Of a DNA stretch of 64,000 bases, positions 1 to 11,753 are shown in pieces. The notes beneath the pieces were generated by a model. That model saw only the letters and a program-made list of their open reading frames with translations, made no database searches and was not told where the DNA came from. This DNA comes from Macrostomum lignano (Eukaryota): positions 103,384 through 167,383 of the forward strand of contig NIVC01001772.1 of assembly GCA_002269645.1 (NCBI GenBank), in the 5' to 3' direction. Position numbers and translations under genes: made by a program. The stretch's first letter is position 1. Every line of letters begins with the position of its first letter.

Positions 1-700
1 TAGATGAGTCTATGGTGCCAAACTAGATGAGTCTATGGTGCCAAACTAGATGAGTCTATGGTGCCAAACTAGATGAGTCTATGGTGCCAAACTAGATGAG
101 TCTATGGTGCCAAACTAGATGAGTCTATGGTGCCAAACTAGATGAGTCTATGGTGCCAAACTAGATGAGTCTATGGTGCCAAACTAGATGAGTCTATGGT
201 GCCAAACTAGATGAGTCTATGGTGCCAAACTAGATAAGTCTATGGTGCCAAACTAGATGAGTCTATGGTGCCAAACTAAATGAGTCTATGGCGCCAAACT
301 AGACGATTCTAGGGCGCCAAATTAGACGATTCTAAGGCGACAAACTAGACGATTCTAAGGCGACAAACTAGACGATTCTAGGGCGCCAAACTAGACGATT
401 CTGAGGCGCCAAACTAGACGATTCTAGGGCGCCAAACTAGACGATTCTAGGGCGCCAAACTAGACGATTCTAAGGCGACAAACTAGACGATTCTAGGGCG
501 CCAAACTAGACGATTCTAAGGCGACAAACTAGACGATTCTAGGGCGCCAAACTAGACGATTCTGAGGCGCCAAACTAGACGATTCTAGGGCGCCAAACTA
601 GACGATTCTGAGGCGCCAAACTAGACGATTCTAGGGCGCCAAACTAGATAAGTCTATGTTACCAACTACACGATTCTGTTGTGCCAAATTAGGCCGTGTT
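1..700. repeat. 23-bp minisatellite in two variant blocks (intron of the myosin gene)
   Basis: TAGATGAGTCTATGGTGCCAAAC x13 (1-299), then TAGACGATTCTAGGGCGCCAAAC x~15, decaying by ~700; starts before the window. Confidence 0.95.
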
Positions 701-844
701 TAAGGCCCCAAAGTATGCGAGTCTATAGTGCCAAAAATTTGGGCTCCAGAAATGGTTTTTAATGACCTTGATTTGCCTTGTTACAAAACTTCCTATTTGA
801 ATAAGAACGGATAAAAAAACAGAACACATTCCCTTTGCGCACAG

Positions 845-2268
845 GCCTGGACCAGCTACTCATAAACTTCGCCAACGAACGTTTGCAACAGTTCTATTTG
901 AATCATTTCGTATTGGCCGCTAAACAAGAGTACACAGCCGAACGGCTGCCCTGGGAAGGCGATATCGATCCAGTAGAAGACGAATTCAATTCACTAGATA
1001 GCGCTAACAGTCTAGTCGAGCTGTCAGTCGTGACTGAAGCTATCGGCCAAGCGGAGAGATGCCTCACAGCGCTCGAGGAGCTGTGCAGGCTTAACCGGCC
1101 AGACAGACAGTTGGCCGACCGCCTGAACTGCAGCAGCAGCAACGGTGACTTCTCTATTCGCCATTTCGCCGGCAAAGTCGCTTATTCCATCCAGCAGTTT
1201 CCGGCGCACAATCGCGACAGGTGCCCGCCAGAGCTGGTCAGTCTGCTTAGAGAACAGACTCAATCGCTGATGCTGAGAGAAATTTTAACTGATTCCGCTA
1301 GCAATGCTACTGTTAGTAGCTTTGTTCTGGCCGGCGTATCGGTTAAATTTCGTCAAGATCTAGCCAGACTAATAGATCGATTGCGATCCACTCGGCCGCT
1401 GTGGATTCGTTGTCTGCGACCGTCCTTGGTTCGATTCGATATGATGATGGAAACTGGCGCCGGCTGGTCGGATGAAGATGTTGCCAAGCAATTGGAATCT
1501 TGCGGCCTGCTGCCCGCCACCAGAGCGGCCCGGCGGCTGCACCCGGTGCGGCTGACCTACGCTGAATTCCTGACTCGCTACGGCTGCCTCATGCTGGCCC
1601 GGCGAGATCCTCATCCTCGTCCGCTGAACTCGCCTTCGCCGGCCGAATTCGAACTGGCTTACCGTCGGCAGAACGATCTGCCAACGACGCCGTCGCGCAC
1701 GCCGGAGCGACTGCTTCGTCGACGAACCGGCGCCTCGCCAGCCGATCATCAGCGCCGTCTAGCGGCCGGCATCTTGACTGGTCGACTGGCCGGCAAGGCT
1801 TGTCCGCCGGTCCGATTCGGGCGACAGTTCGGCCGCGGCAAACTGTTCCTCACTGCCGGACAGGCGGCCGAATTAGACAGACAGCTGGCGCAGCACAGAT
1901 CGGCTAGCGCTGTTCGACTGCAACGCGCTGTGCGAACTTGGCTGCTAGCTCGACGACACCGCCAGCGGCAACGACAAGCTCCACAAAAAACCGAATCCTT
2001 TGTTAAACGTCGACAAGAACTAGTCGAATTGGCCAATGCCAACTGCCAGCAGGAGCAGCAAGAGCAGCAGCAGCAGCAGCGATCTACAGCCCCAGGCTTT
2101 GTGTCGCGTCACCGGCTTGGCCGACAATGTCGACGACTGAGCGAGGCTAGCCGGCGCCAGTTGTTTCGCGGCCCAACCCGAGCCGAACGACTGTTGCCGT
2201 ACGCCAGGCAGCGGGGCCTGGCGGCGGCGCGCGGACTCGAGGATGCGCTGGATGACGACTTGGAATAG
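845..2268 (+). CDS. MYO19: Terminal exon of an unconventional myosin, class XIX-like (C-terminal motor domain, IQ, short basic tail); upstream exons outside window
   Basis: Acceptor CACAG at 843-844 (phase 1, restores (N)S-LDQLLINFANERLQQ). Myosin motifs FSIRHFAGKVAY, STRPLWIRCLRP, QLESCGL, GRGKLFL and IQ AVRLQRAVRTWL. CRLNRP and NRDRCPPELVSLL match my recollection of MYO19 (EECRLNRP, NKDPIPPELTRLL). Stop TAG at 2266-2268. Confidence 0.8.
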
Positions 2269-2344
2269 GCCAGCTGATTGAGATTTTGAGTTGCATGTAA
2301 ATATATCATGTCTCTTGTAAACTTTACCGAGGCGACCATCTCCC

Positions 2345-2935
2345 GCCCTGGCTGTTAAAAAATGACATCCTACCCCAGTCTCCGCGCCTGCCGCGCCTAA
2401 CTGATGAGAAATGGCACCCTCCCCATCCTCTGCGAACAACTGATTAGAAATGGCACCCTCCCCATCCTCTGCGAACAACTGATTAGAAATGGCACCCTCC
2501 CCATCCTCTGCGAACAACTGATTAGAAATGACACCCTCCCCATCCTCCGCGCCCAACTGATAAGAAATGACAGCCACCTCATTCCCCGCATTTGCCGCCC
2601 CGACTGATAAGAAATGACACCCTCCCCATCCTCCGCAAACAACTGATTAGAAACGACACCCTCCCCATCCTCCGCGCCCAACTGATAAGAAATGACAGCC
2701 ACCTCATTCCCCGCATTTGCCGCCCCGACTGATAAGAAATGACACCCTCCCCATCCTCCGCAAACAACTGATTAGAAACGACACCCTCCCCATCCTCCGC
2801 GCCCAACTGATAAGAAATGGCAGCCACCTCATTCCCCGCATTTGCCGCCCGACTGATAGAAATGACACCCTCCCCATCCTCCGCTCCCAACTAATAAGAC
2901 ATGAAATCCACCCCTCAGCATCTGCCGTCCGGGCT
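2345..2935. repeat. 39/47-bp minisatellite with 125-bp higher-order repeat
   Basis: CTGATWAGAAATGRCACCCTCCCCATCCTCYGCG..AA units (39 bp) interleaved with a 47-bp variant; period 125 (e.g. 2604 and 2729). Confidence 0.9.
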
Positions 2936-3315
2936 AATAGCTAATGATACCCATCCAATTTAAAACAATCAAGTCCGCTTTTAATTCGTAAAAATCTGCA
3001 TTTCGATTGTCGAATCGCCACCCTTGAGTGCTTGTTTTGCTGCTCACAATTTTTATCACTTTACATTTATTAAATTAAAAATCTACAAATGCTTTGCACG
3101 TTTAGCCTTTATTTTTTACACAAAATATGCTTGAAACCTAATTTATTATGTATTTCCACATCCTTGCTAACATGTCTTAATTAGGTCTATTTGCTATACA
3201 TGGCTAAATATATGTAACTTGCAAACCGTCCAGCATGTTTGCTAACAAATGAAATTTTACTGAGAAATATTTCTAATACGTGTTTCATTTGCTTTCTCAC
3301 AAAACAAAGCCCTGG

Positions 3316-3663
3316 CGGCCTCCTGGATCCTCAGTTGCTGGGCCAGCCTCCCAGATCCTCAGTTGCTGGGCCAGCCTCCCAGATCCTCAGTTGCTGGGCC
3401 AGCCTCCCAGATCCTCAGTTGCTGGGCCAGCCTCCCAAATCCTCGAATGTTGGGCCAGCCTCCCAGATCCTCAGTTTCTGGGCCAGCCTCCCAGATCCCC
3501 AGTTGCTGGGCCAGCCTCCCAGATCCCCAGTTGCTGGGCCAGCCTCCCACATCCTCAGTTTCTGGGCCAGCCTCCCAGATCCCCAGTTGCTGGGCCAGCC
3601 TCCCATATCCTCAGTTTCTGGGCCAGCCTCCCAGATCCCCAGTTGCTGGGCCAGCCTCCCAGA
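3316..3663 (+). repeat. 28-bp minisatellite (family also present inverted at 10378-11370)
   Basis: CTGGGCCAGCCTCCCAGATCCTCAGTTG x~12. Confidence 0.95.
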
Positions 3664-4299
3664 TATCAATCGCACAGCACTGCAAAAAAAAGTAAGCCTT
3701 CTTAGAAACGCTCATTGTGTTGATTTAATCCAAAAAAGCAGTTCTGTTTATTGCACTACTAATCTGTAGCTGTAGCAATCACCAGGAAAGTCGTAAGTCA
3801 GTCTTTGATGTTCAGTTTAAATAATTATATTTAACTGCCTACCGCGGCCAGGGCAATGCAAAGTCAGACAGCAAGTGAGACAGCATGCATATGCACTTTT
3901 AGTTGAAAATTTGGCCTTCAAAAAAGCTGAAACAAGCAGCTAGATATAGAATTGCTGTCGCATTAAGGAAACATTAAAACAATATCCATTAAAAATAATT
4001 ATGCGCATAATTTGCTCTGACTTTGTCCGCTGAACAATGTTCAACCTTATTAATATCAATAGTGAAGTTATTTACGGTTGAAAAGCATAAATATCCTGAC
4101 AATTCCCTACTTTGCAATCTACTATCTTTCATCTCCCATTAAAGCTACCGATACACCGAAGCAAAAGCGATTGGAAAAATCCAATAACCAAAAAACTGGT
4201 GAAAATCGAAAACAATGTTCGATCATTTTTGTCAACTGCGACTAAAAATAGCGACTAAATATAGTGAATATTAATTAAAAGATTAATCCATCAACTGAC

Positions 4300-5220
4300 C
4301 AATTAATCAATCAACTGACCAATCAATCAATCGACTGACCAATCAATCAATCGACTGACCAATCAATCAATCAATTGACTGACCAATCAATCAACTGACC
4401 AATCAATCAATCGACTGACCAATCAATCAATCGACTGACCAATCAATCAATCGACTGACCAATCAATCAATCAATTGACTGACCAATCAATCAACTGACC
4501 AATCAATCGACTGACCAATCAATCAATCAACTGACCAAGCAATCAATTGACTGACCAATCAATCAATCAATTGACTGACCAATCAATCAACTGACCAATC
4601 AATCAATCAACTAGCCAATCAATCGACTGACCAATCAATCAATCAACTGACCAATCAATCAATTGACTGACCAATCAATCAATTGACTGACCAATCAATC
4701 AATTGACTGACCAATCAATCAATTGACTGACCAATCAATCAATTGACTGACCAATCAATCAATTGACTGACCAATCAATCAATTGACTGACCAATCAATC
4801 AATCAATTGACTGACCAATCAATCAATCAATTGACTGACAAATCAATTGACTGACCAATCAATCAATCAACTGACCAATCAATCGACTGACCAATCAATC
4901 AATCAACTGACCAAGCAATCAATTGACTGACCAATCAATCAATTGACCAATCAATCAATCAACTGACCAATCAATCGACTGACCAATCAATCAATCAACT
5001 GACCAATCAATCAATTGACTGACCAATCAATCAATTGACTGACCAATCAATCAATTGACTGACCAATCAATCAATTGACTGACCAATCAATCAATTGACT
5101 GACCAATCAATCAATTGACTGACCAATCAATCAATCAATTGACTGACCAATCAATCAATCAACTGACCAATCAATCAATCAACTGACCAATCAATCGACT
5201 GACCAATCAATCAACCGATC
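4300..5220. repeat. Compound (TCAA)n/CTGAC microsatellite
   Basis: CAATCAATCAATTGACTGAC-type units over ~900 bp directly downstream of the ADK stop. Confidence 0.95.
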
Positions 5221-5275
5221 AACAAACAAACTGCCCAAGCGAACAGGTCATCAGTCAAACAGTACACCAGCCGCA

Positions 5276-8200
5276 TCAATAGCCAATAGCCTTGGCCGGA
5301 TCGCTGGGCATTGTGCAGCTGGACTGGCCAATAATGCAATGCGCAGCTTTGATTGCGCAATCGATGCACACCTCCAACGGTTTGCCGAGAGCGTACTGGG
5401 CAATGAATCCGCCAGCGAAGGCGTCCCCGGCACCGTTGGTGTCAACCAGCTCGTGCGGAGCCAGCTGTCGCACCGGGAACTCGGTCACGGAGCCGTCGGA
5501 CCTGGCGGCCACCACGGGACCCTTGCCCTGGGTGATGAGCACCAGCCGGCTGCGGGGTGCCGAGTCGCCGCCGCTTGGCCTGGGCTTCAGCGGCATGGCG
5601 GCGAGGGCGACGGCTACGGAGCGAGCGTCAGCGGGGTTGGGCAGGCCGGCCTCCCTGGTAGGTTAAAGAATGACACAGGTGGGATTAGGGGATATTAAAA
5701 ACAATCTCCCTATGAGAAGAAGGGAAACATTTACGAATAGTCTAGAGTAATAATATATCCCGATGAAAACGGTACCAAAGCCAAGAAGCGTCCCAGAGTA
5801 ATCACTGAGTTGCGTCTAAAGCGCATTGCATTTCGCATTTATAAACACTCTAATTAGACTACTTGAGTTGGTAGAATGTTAAGCGCTATCACTATGGCTC
5901 TTAGACGGCTTTGTCGAGACTCTTTTACGATTCTGCAACTCACGAGATTAGGTTAGTTTAGGTTAGGATTACTTGACTCAGCCAGTCGCCTCTCCGTTGC
6001 ATTACAGTCGTTTGGATCGGTAAAAAGGTCACAAGAGACGCCTCAGAATTGCTACTGAGTTGTTTTAGGGTTTATTTTATGTTTGGATTGGGTTTCAGGT
6101 TCAGGTTTAGTTTTAGGATAGGGTTCAGCCTGGGTTAAGGGTTAGGTTTTAGGTTAGATTTATGGTCATTGTTTAGGTTAGGTTTATGGTTATGGTTTAG
6201 GTTAGGTTTATGGTTATTGTTTAGGTTAGGTTTATGGCTATTGTTTAGGTTAGGTTTATGGTTATGGTTTAGGTTAGGTTTATGGTTATTGTTTAGGTTA
6301 GGTTTATGGTTATGGTTTAGGTTAGGTTTATGGTTATGGTTTAAGTTAGGTTTATGGTTATGGTTTAGGTTAGGTTTATGGTTATTGTTTAGGTTAGGTT
6401 TATGGTTATGGTTTAGGTTAGGTTTATGGTTATGGTTTAGGTTAGGTTATGGTTTAGGTCAGATTTATGGTTATGGTTTAGGTCAGATTTATGGTTATGG
6501 TTTAGGTTAGGTTATGGTTATGGTTTAGGTTAGGTTATGGTTATGGTTTAGGTCAGATTTATGGTTATGGTTTAGGTTAGGTTATGGTTATGGTTTAGGT
6601 TAGGCTTATGGTTATTGCTTAGGTAAGATTTATGGCTATGGTTTAGGTTAGGTTATGGTTATGGTTTAGGTTAGGTTTATGGTTATTGCTTAGGTAAGAT
6701 TTATGGCTATGGTTTAGGTTAGGTTTTAGGTTTGGTAGTCAACTAGTAGGCAGTCAATTGTCCGCAGACCCGCGGGTGGCTCACTTAGCGTAGGTCTCAG
6801 CCTCGGTCTCATTGCCAAACAGCACGTCAACATAGGGCATAGCGGCCAGCAGCGGCTCCTTGAAGAACTGGCAGATGAAGGGCGCGGACAAGTTCATCAT
6901 AAGAGTTTTACCGGCTGCCAGCGAGTGCTCAGCGATGCGCATCAGAGCAGGCGGGCACACTGTGAGAAAGAATCCGGCCACGTAGTAGAACTGAGCAGCC
7001 TCAACAATGGCCCAGTTGGTGGGATCGTCCAAGTGCGCCTCGGTGAACTGGCCAGCGCTGCCCAGCTGGGTGACCAGGCTGCGGTCCTCGCCGGAGATCA
7101 GCACGGCGCAGCTGGAGTTCAATGAAAAATGCGGAGTGTGACAGACCCAGCACAGCGATAAATAGAAGTAATGAACAGACGGACAGACAGATATAGTAGT
7201 CACGGACTGGAAATAAAACTGAATGACAGATTGACAGATATAGGCAGGACAAAGAAGATTGCCAAACAAAAGACACAAGTGAGTGACAGACAGACACAAG
7301 AGTGATAGACAAAAGACGCGGGAGAGTGACAGACAAATGACACAAAAGAGCGACAGACAAAAGACTCGAGAAAGTGACAGACAAAAGACTCAATAAAGTG
7401 CCAGACAAAAGACTCAAGAATGTGACAGACAAGACTCAATAAAGTGCCAGACAAAAGACTCAAGAAAGTGACAGACAAGACTCAATAAAGTGCCAGACAA
7501 AAGACTCAAGAAAGTGACAGACAAGACTCAATAAAGTGACAGACAAAAGACTCAAGAAAGTGACAGACAAGACTCAATAAAGTGAGAGACAAAAGACACA
7601 AGAATGTGACAGACAAAAGACACAAGAGAGTGATAGACAAAAGACACAAGAGAGTGATAGACAAAAGACACAAGAGAGTGATAGGCAAAATACACAAGAG
7701 AGTGATAGGCAAGACACAAGAAAGTGACAAACAAAAGACACAAGAAAGTGACAGACAAGACTCAATAAAGTGACAGACAAAAGACACAAGAAAGTGACAG
7801 ACAAAAGACACAAGAATGTGACAGACAAAAGACACAAGAAAGTGACAGACAAAAGACTCAATAAAGTGCCAGACAAAAGACTCAAGAATGTGACAGACAA
7901 GACTCAATAAAGTGACAGACAAAAGACACAAGAAAGTGACAGACAAAAGACACAAGAATGTGACAGACAAAAGACACAAGAAAGTGACAGACAAGACTCA
8001 ATAAAGTGACAGACAAAAGACTCAAGAAAGTGACAGACAAAAGACACAAGAGAGTGATAGACAAAAGACACAAGAGAGTGATAGACAAAAGACACAAGAG
8101 AGTGATAGACAAAATACACAAGAGAGTGATAGGCAAGACACAAGAAAGTGACAAACAAAAGACACAAGAAAGTGACAGACAAAAGACACAAGAGAGTGAT

Positions 8201-9165
8201 AGACAAAAGACACAAGAGAGTGATAGACAAAAGACACAAGAGAGTGACAGACAAAAGACGCAAGAAAGTGACAGACAAGACTCAATAAAGTGACAGACAA
8301 AAGACTCAAGAAAGTGACAGACAAAAGACACAAGAAAGTGACAGACAAGACACAAGAAAGTGACAGACAAGACACAAGAAAGTGACAGACAAAAGACACA
8401 AGAAAGTGACAGACAAGACACAAGAAAGTGACAGACAAAAGACATAAGAAAGTGACAGACAAGACACAAGAAAGTGACAGACAAAAGACGCAAGAAAGTG
8501 ACAGACAAGACTCAATAAAGTGACAGACAAAAGACTCAAGAAAGTGACAGACAAAAGACACAAGAAAGTGACAGACAAGACTCAATAAAGTGACAGACAA
8601 GACACAAGAAAGTGACAGACAAAAGACACAAGAAAGTGACAGACAAGACACAAGAAAGTGACAGACAAAAGACATAAGAAAGTGACAGACAAGACACAAG
8701 AAAGTGACAGACAAAAGACACAAGAAAGTGACAGACAAAAGACACAAGAAAGTGACAGACAAAAGAGAGTGACAGACAGCGCGCAGCTCACCGTCCAGTG
8801 GGCTCGGAGTTCGGCAGGCACTGATACGCCGGCCGCACTCCGGCAGTCTCCATGCAGTCCCGCAGCCGCTTGCCAATGTCATCGTCAAGCCTGACGCAGC
8901 CGAACATGCTGGTAGCTTTAGGCGTACGCAGCAGCCACTGGGCCACACGGATGGCATTCTGGGTAGCGCCGCCGGGAATATACTGAGTGTCCGGCCGGCC
9001 AATAAGATCGTCGAATATCTGAGCGTGCTCCGGGCCGGCTAGGATAGCGTCGTTCGGTTTGAGATTGTATTTGGCTAAATAGGCGGCATCAATTGTATTG
9101 GCCAAGTCTAGCAAAGGATTGCCCATGCCCAATACGAGACCTTCGCGAGCTCCGGTAGTTGACAT
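5276..9165 (-). CDS. ADK: Adenosine kinase (PfkB family), 359 aa; exons 9165-8792, 7111-6785, 5654-5276
   Basis: GMGNPLLD, PGGATQNAIRVAQW, TGRCAVLI..DRSLVT, NLSAPFICQFF, DVLFGNETEA, DTNGAGDAFAGGF. Both introns are GT-AG phase 2; exon lengths 374+327+379=1080 bp. Confidence 0.96.
6100..6735. repeat. Degenerate telomere-like GGTTA/GGTTTA/TGGTTA repeat in ADK intron 2
   Basis: GGTTTAGGTTAGGTTTATGGTTAT-type units; not pure TTAGGG. Confidence 0.9.
7255..8778. repeat. 22-24-bp minisatellite filling ADK intron 1
   Basis: GACACAAGAAAGTGACAGACAA(AA) and variants; the overlapping ORFs in the track are artefacts. Confidence 0.95.
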
Positions 9166-10377
9166 ATCTTCAGTTTGATTGCTTTTAGCTGAAATAAGCA
9201 AAAAAAAGAACTGACTAAAAATGCTACTGAAAGTAAAAATATAAGCAAATCAAAGCAGATTTTTATTTTACTAAATTAAACAATAATATGCCTGGTTACC
9301 TGTTTTATTTTTCCAAACCGACCGGAAATTATTATTAAAGAACTGGCGGCTTCACTAGTGGCAGCAACAGCTCAAGATTCTAACTGAGATTGTGGCAGAT
9401 AAAGAGAGGACACAACTATGTATATGCAGGCCAGTACAGTGCAAACTGGAGACTTAAGAACTGGGCAGGACGAGACAAAATGGTCCGGCGCGATTTACAA
9501 GCCTCTATTTATACCCCACAGCACGGAGAGGGGGGGGGCTCATTCAAGTTCCAGTTAAGAGAGATAAGAGAAATTCTGTCACGCGTCATATGCACACGCG
9601 CCAATTCAAATACAGAATTTTCCACGAATTCTGAACCCTTAGTAGTAAACTATCTGTCCCTCGAGCTAGGGGGTCACTGCAAGTCTATAAATTAGTCACA
9701 AGAAATATATAATTTTTGTATTCCATTTGTCTATAGAAAATATTTATCCTGCTCCGATTGCTGCAATGTTAATTTAATTTAATCAATTAATAATAAACAA
9801 CAACAACGATAAACTAATCAGTAAATTTTCCTAATTAATAAGCAAAATACGATTGAAACGTGCCAGCAAGACAATAAAGCAAATTTTTTGATTGATTTAA
9901 CAGGCATTTTGTTGTATCGACTGTCGGACTTCAGAAATGAAAAAAATTGACTTTATCTAAAGAAAAATGTCTAAGAAACAGAAGTGCAAAATGACCCATA
10001 GCAGTAAGCATTATAATATACATTGCGTATAGAAGTACAAAACCACTGATATCTAGGAGGACAATATAGGCTCTCAGCAACCGAATATAGATTGAGAAGT
10101 TGAAAGAAATTATCTAGTCGATACTTGAAAACCCAATGAAGATTAATGATGCCATTTCAAAGCCAAGAGGAAATAATATATAATAAAACTGGTAGGTGCG
10201 GCCATAAAAAAATAGTGTTCCATAACATAACATTGACTTTCGATATGTATTTAGTCGTCTTTATTGGAACACTTTTTGGTTTATATAATCTACTACTTAT
10301 ATAAAAACCTGTCACACAGGCCCCAAATCTGACCTTTTGGCACTAAGTGACACAAGCATTTAGGTCTTGGATCTGGA

Positions 10378-11370
10378 AACTGAGGATCTGGGAGGCTGGC
10401 ATAGCAACTGAGGATCTGGGAGGCTGGCACAGCAACTGAGGATCTGGGAGGCTGGCCCAGCAACTGAGGATCTGGGAGGCTGGCACAGCAACTGAGGATC
10501 TGGGAGTCGGTAGCCCAGCAACTGAGGATCTGGGAGGCTGGCCCAGCAACTGAGGATCTGGGAGTCGGTAGCCCAGCAACTCAGGATCTGGGAGGCTGGC
10601 CCAGCAACTGAGGATCTGGGAGGCTGGCCCAGCAACTGAGGATCTGGGAGGCTGGCCCATCAATTGACGATCTAGGAGGCTGGCCCAGCAACTGACGATC
10701 TGGGAGGCTGGCACAGCAACTGAGGATCTGGGAGGCTGGCACAGCAACTGAGGATCTGAGAGGCTGGCCCACCAACTGAGGATCTGGGAGGCTGGCCCAG
10801 CAACTGAGGATCTTGGAGTCGGTAGCCCAGCAACTGAGGATCTGGGAGGCTGGCACAGCAACTGAGGATCTGGGAGGCTGGCCCAGCAACTGAGGATCTG
10901 GGAGTCGGTAGCCCAGCAACTGAGGATCTGGGAGGCTGGCACAGCAACTGAGGATCTGGGAGTCGGTAGCCCAGCAACTGAGGATCTGGGAGGCTGGCCC
11001 AGCAACTGAGGATCTGGGAGTCGGTAGCCCAGCAACTCAGGATCTGGGAGGCTGGCCCAGCAACTGAGGATCTGGGAGGCTGGCCCAGCAACTGAGGATC
11101 TGGGAGGCTGGCCCATCAATTGACGATCTGGGAGGCTGGCCCAGCAACTGACGATCTGGGAGGCTGGCCCAGCAACTGACGATCTGGGAGGCTGGCCCAG
11201 CAACTGACGATCTGGGAGGCTGGCCCAGCAACTGACGATCTGGGAGGCTGGCCCAGCAACTGGGGATCTGGGAGGCTGGCCCAGCAACTGGGGATCTGGG
11301 AGGCTGGCCCAGCAACTGGGGATCTGGGAGGCTGGCCTAGCAACTGAGGGTCTGGGAGGATGGCCCAGCA
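10378..11370 (-). repeat. 28-bp minisatellite, reverse complement of the 3316-3663 family
   Basis: CAGCAACTGAGGATCTGGGAGGCTGGCC x~35, with a 25-bp GAGTCGGTAGCC variant. Confidence 0.95.
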
Positions 11371-11753
11371 TGTAGGGATACAATTACAAAATCAGAACAA
11401 TGGCCATCCAACACAAAGACAAAGATAATGCAAAAATTCAAATAACATTCACAATGCAACTTTGTGTGCACGCGAGGACAGTCAATGCAAATAGGTAAGC
11501 AAAAACAGAAATGTATTATTATTGATGGCCGAAGAAGAATCTACTATATACTACTAGCTAACAACTACATTGTGAGTAGAATGGTATGCATATTGTATTT
11601 GTAGACAGTTAGAGAGAGACACCGTACGAAAAGATAGGCAAAGAAGTAACAAATACGAAATCGATTAGGGTTTCGGGGCTAAGGGATGGACTAATGTAAT
11701 CGTGTCAGTTTAAACACATCAGTGCATATCAGTTTGAAATGAAATTAATTCAA

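Noticed and set aside
6100-6735. True interstitial telomere or chromosome fusion site
   Set aside because: Almost no perfect TTAGGG and no head-to-head inversion.
7001-9002. Multiple overlapping ORFs of CHFLVSFV/TDKRHK type
   Set aside because: Artefacts of the ADK intron-1 minisatellite.
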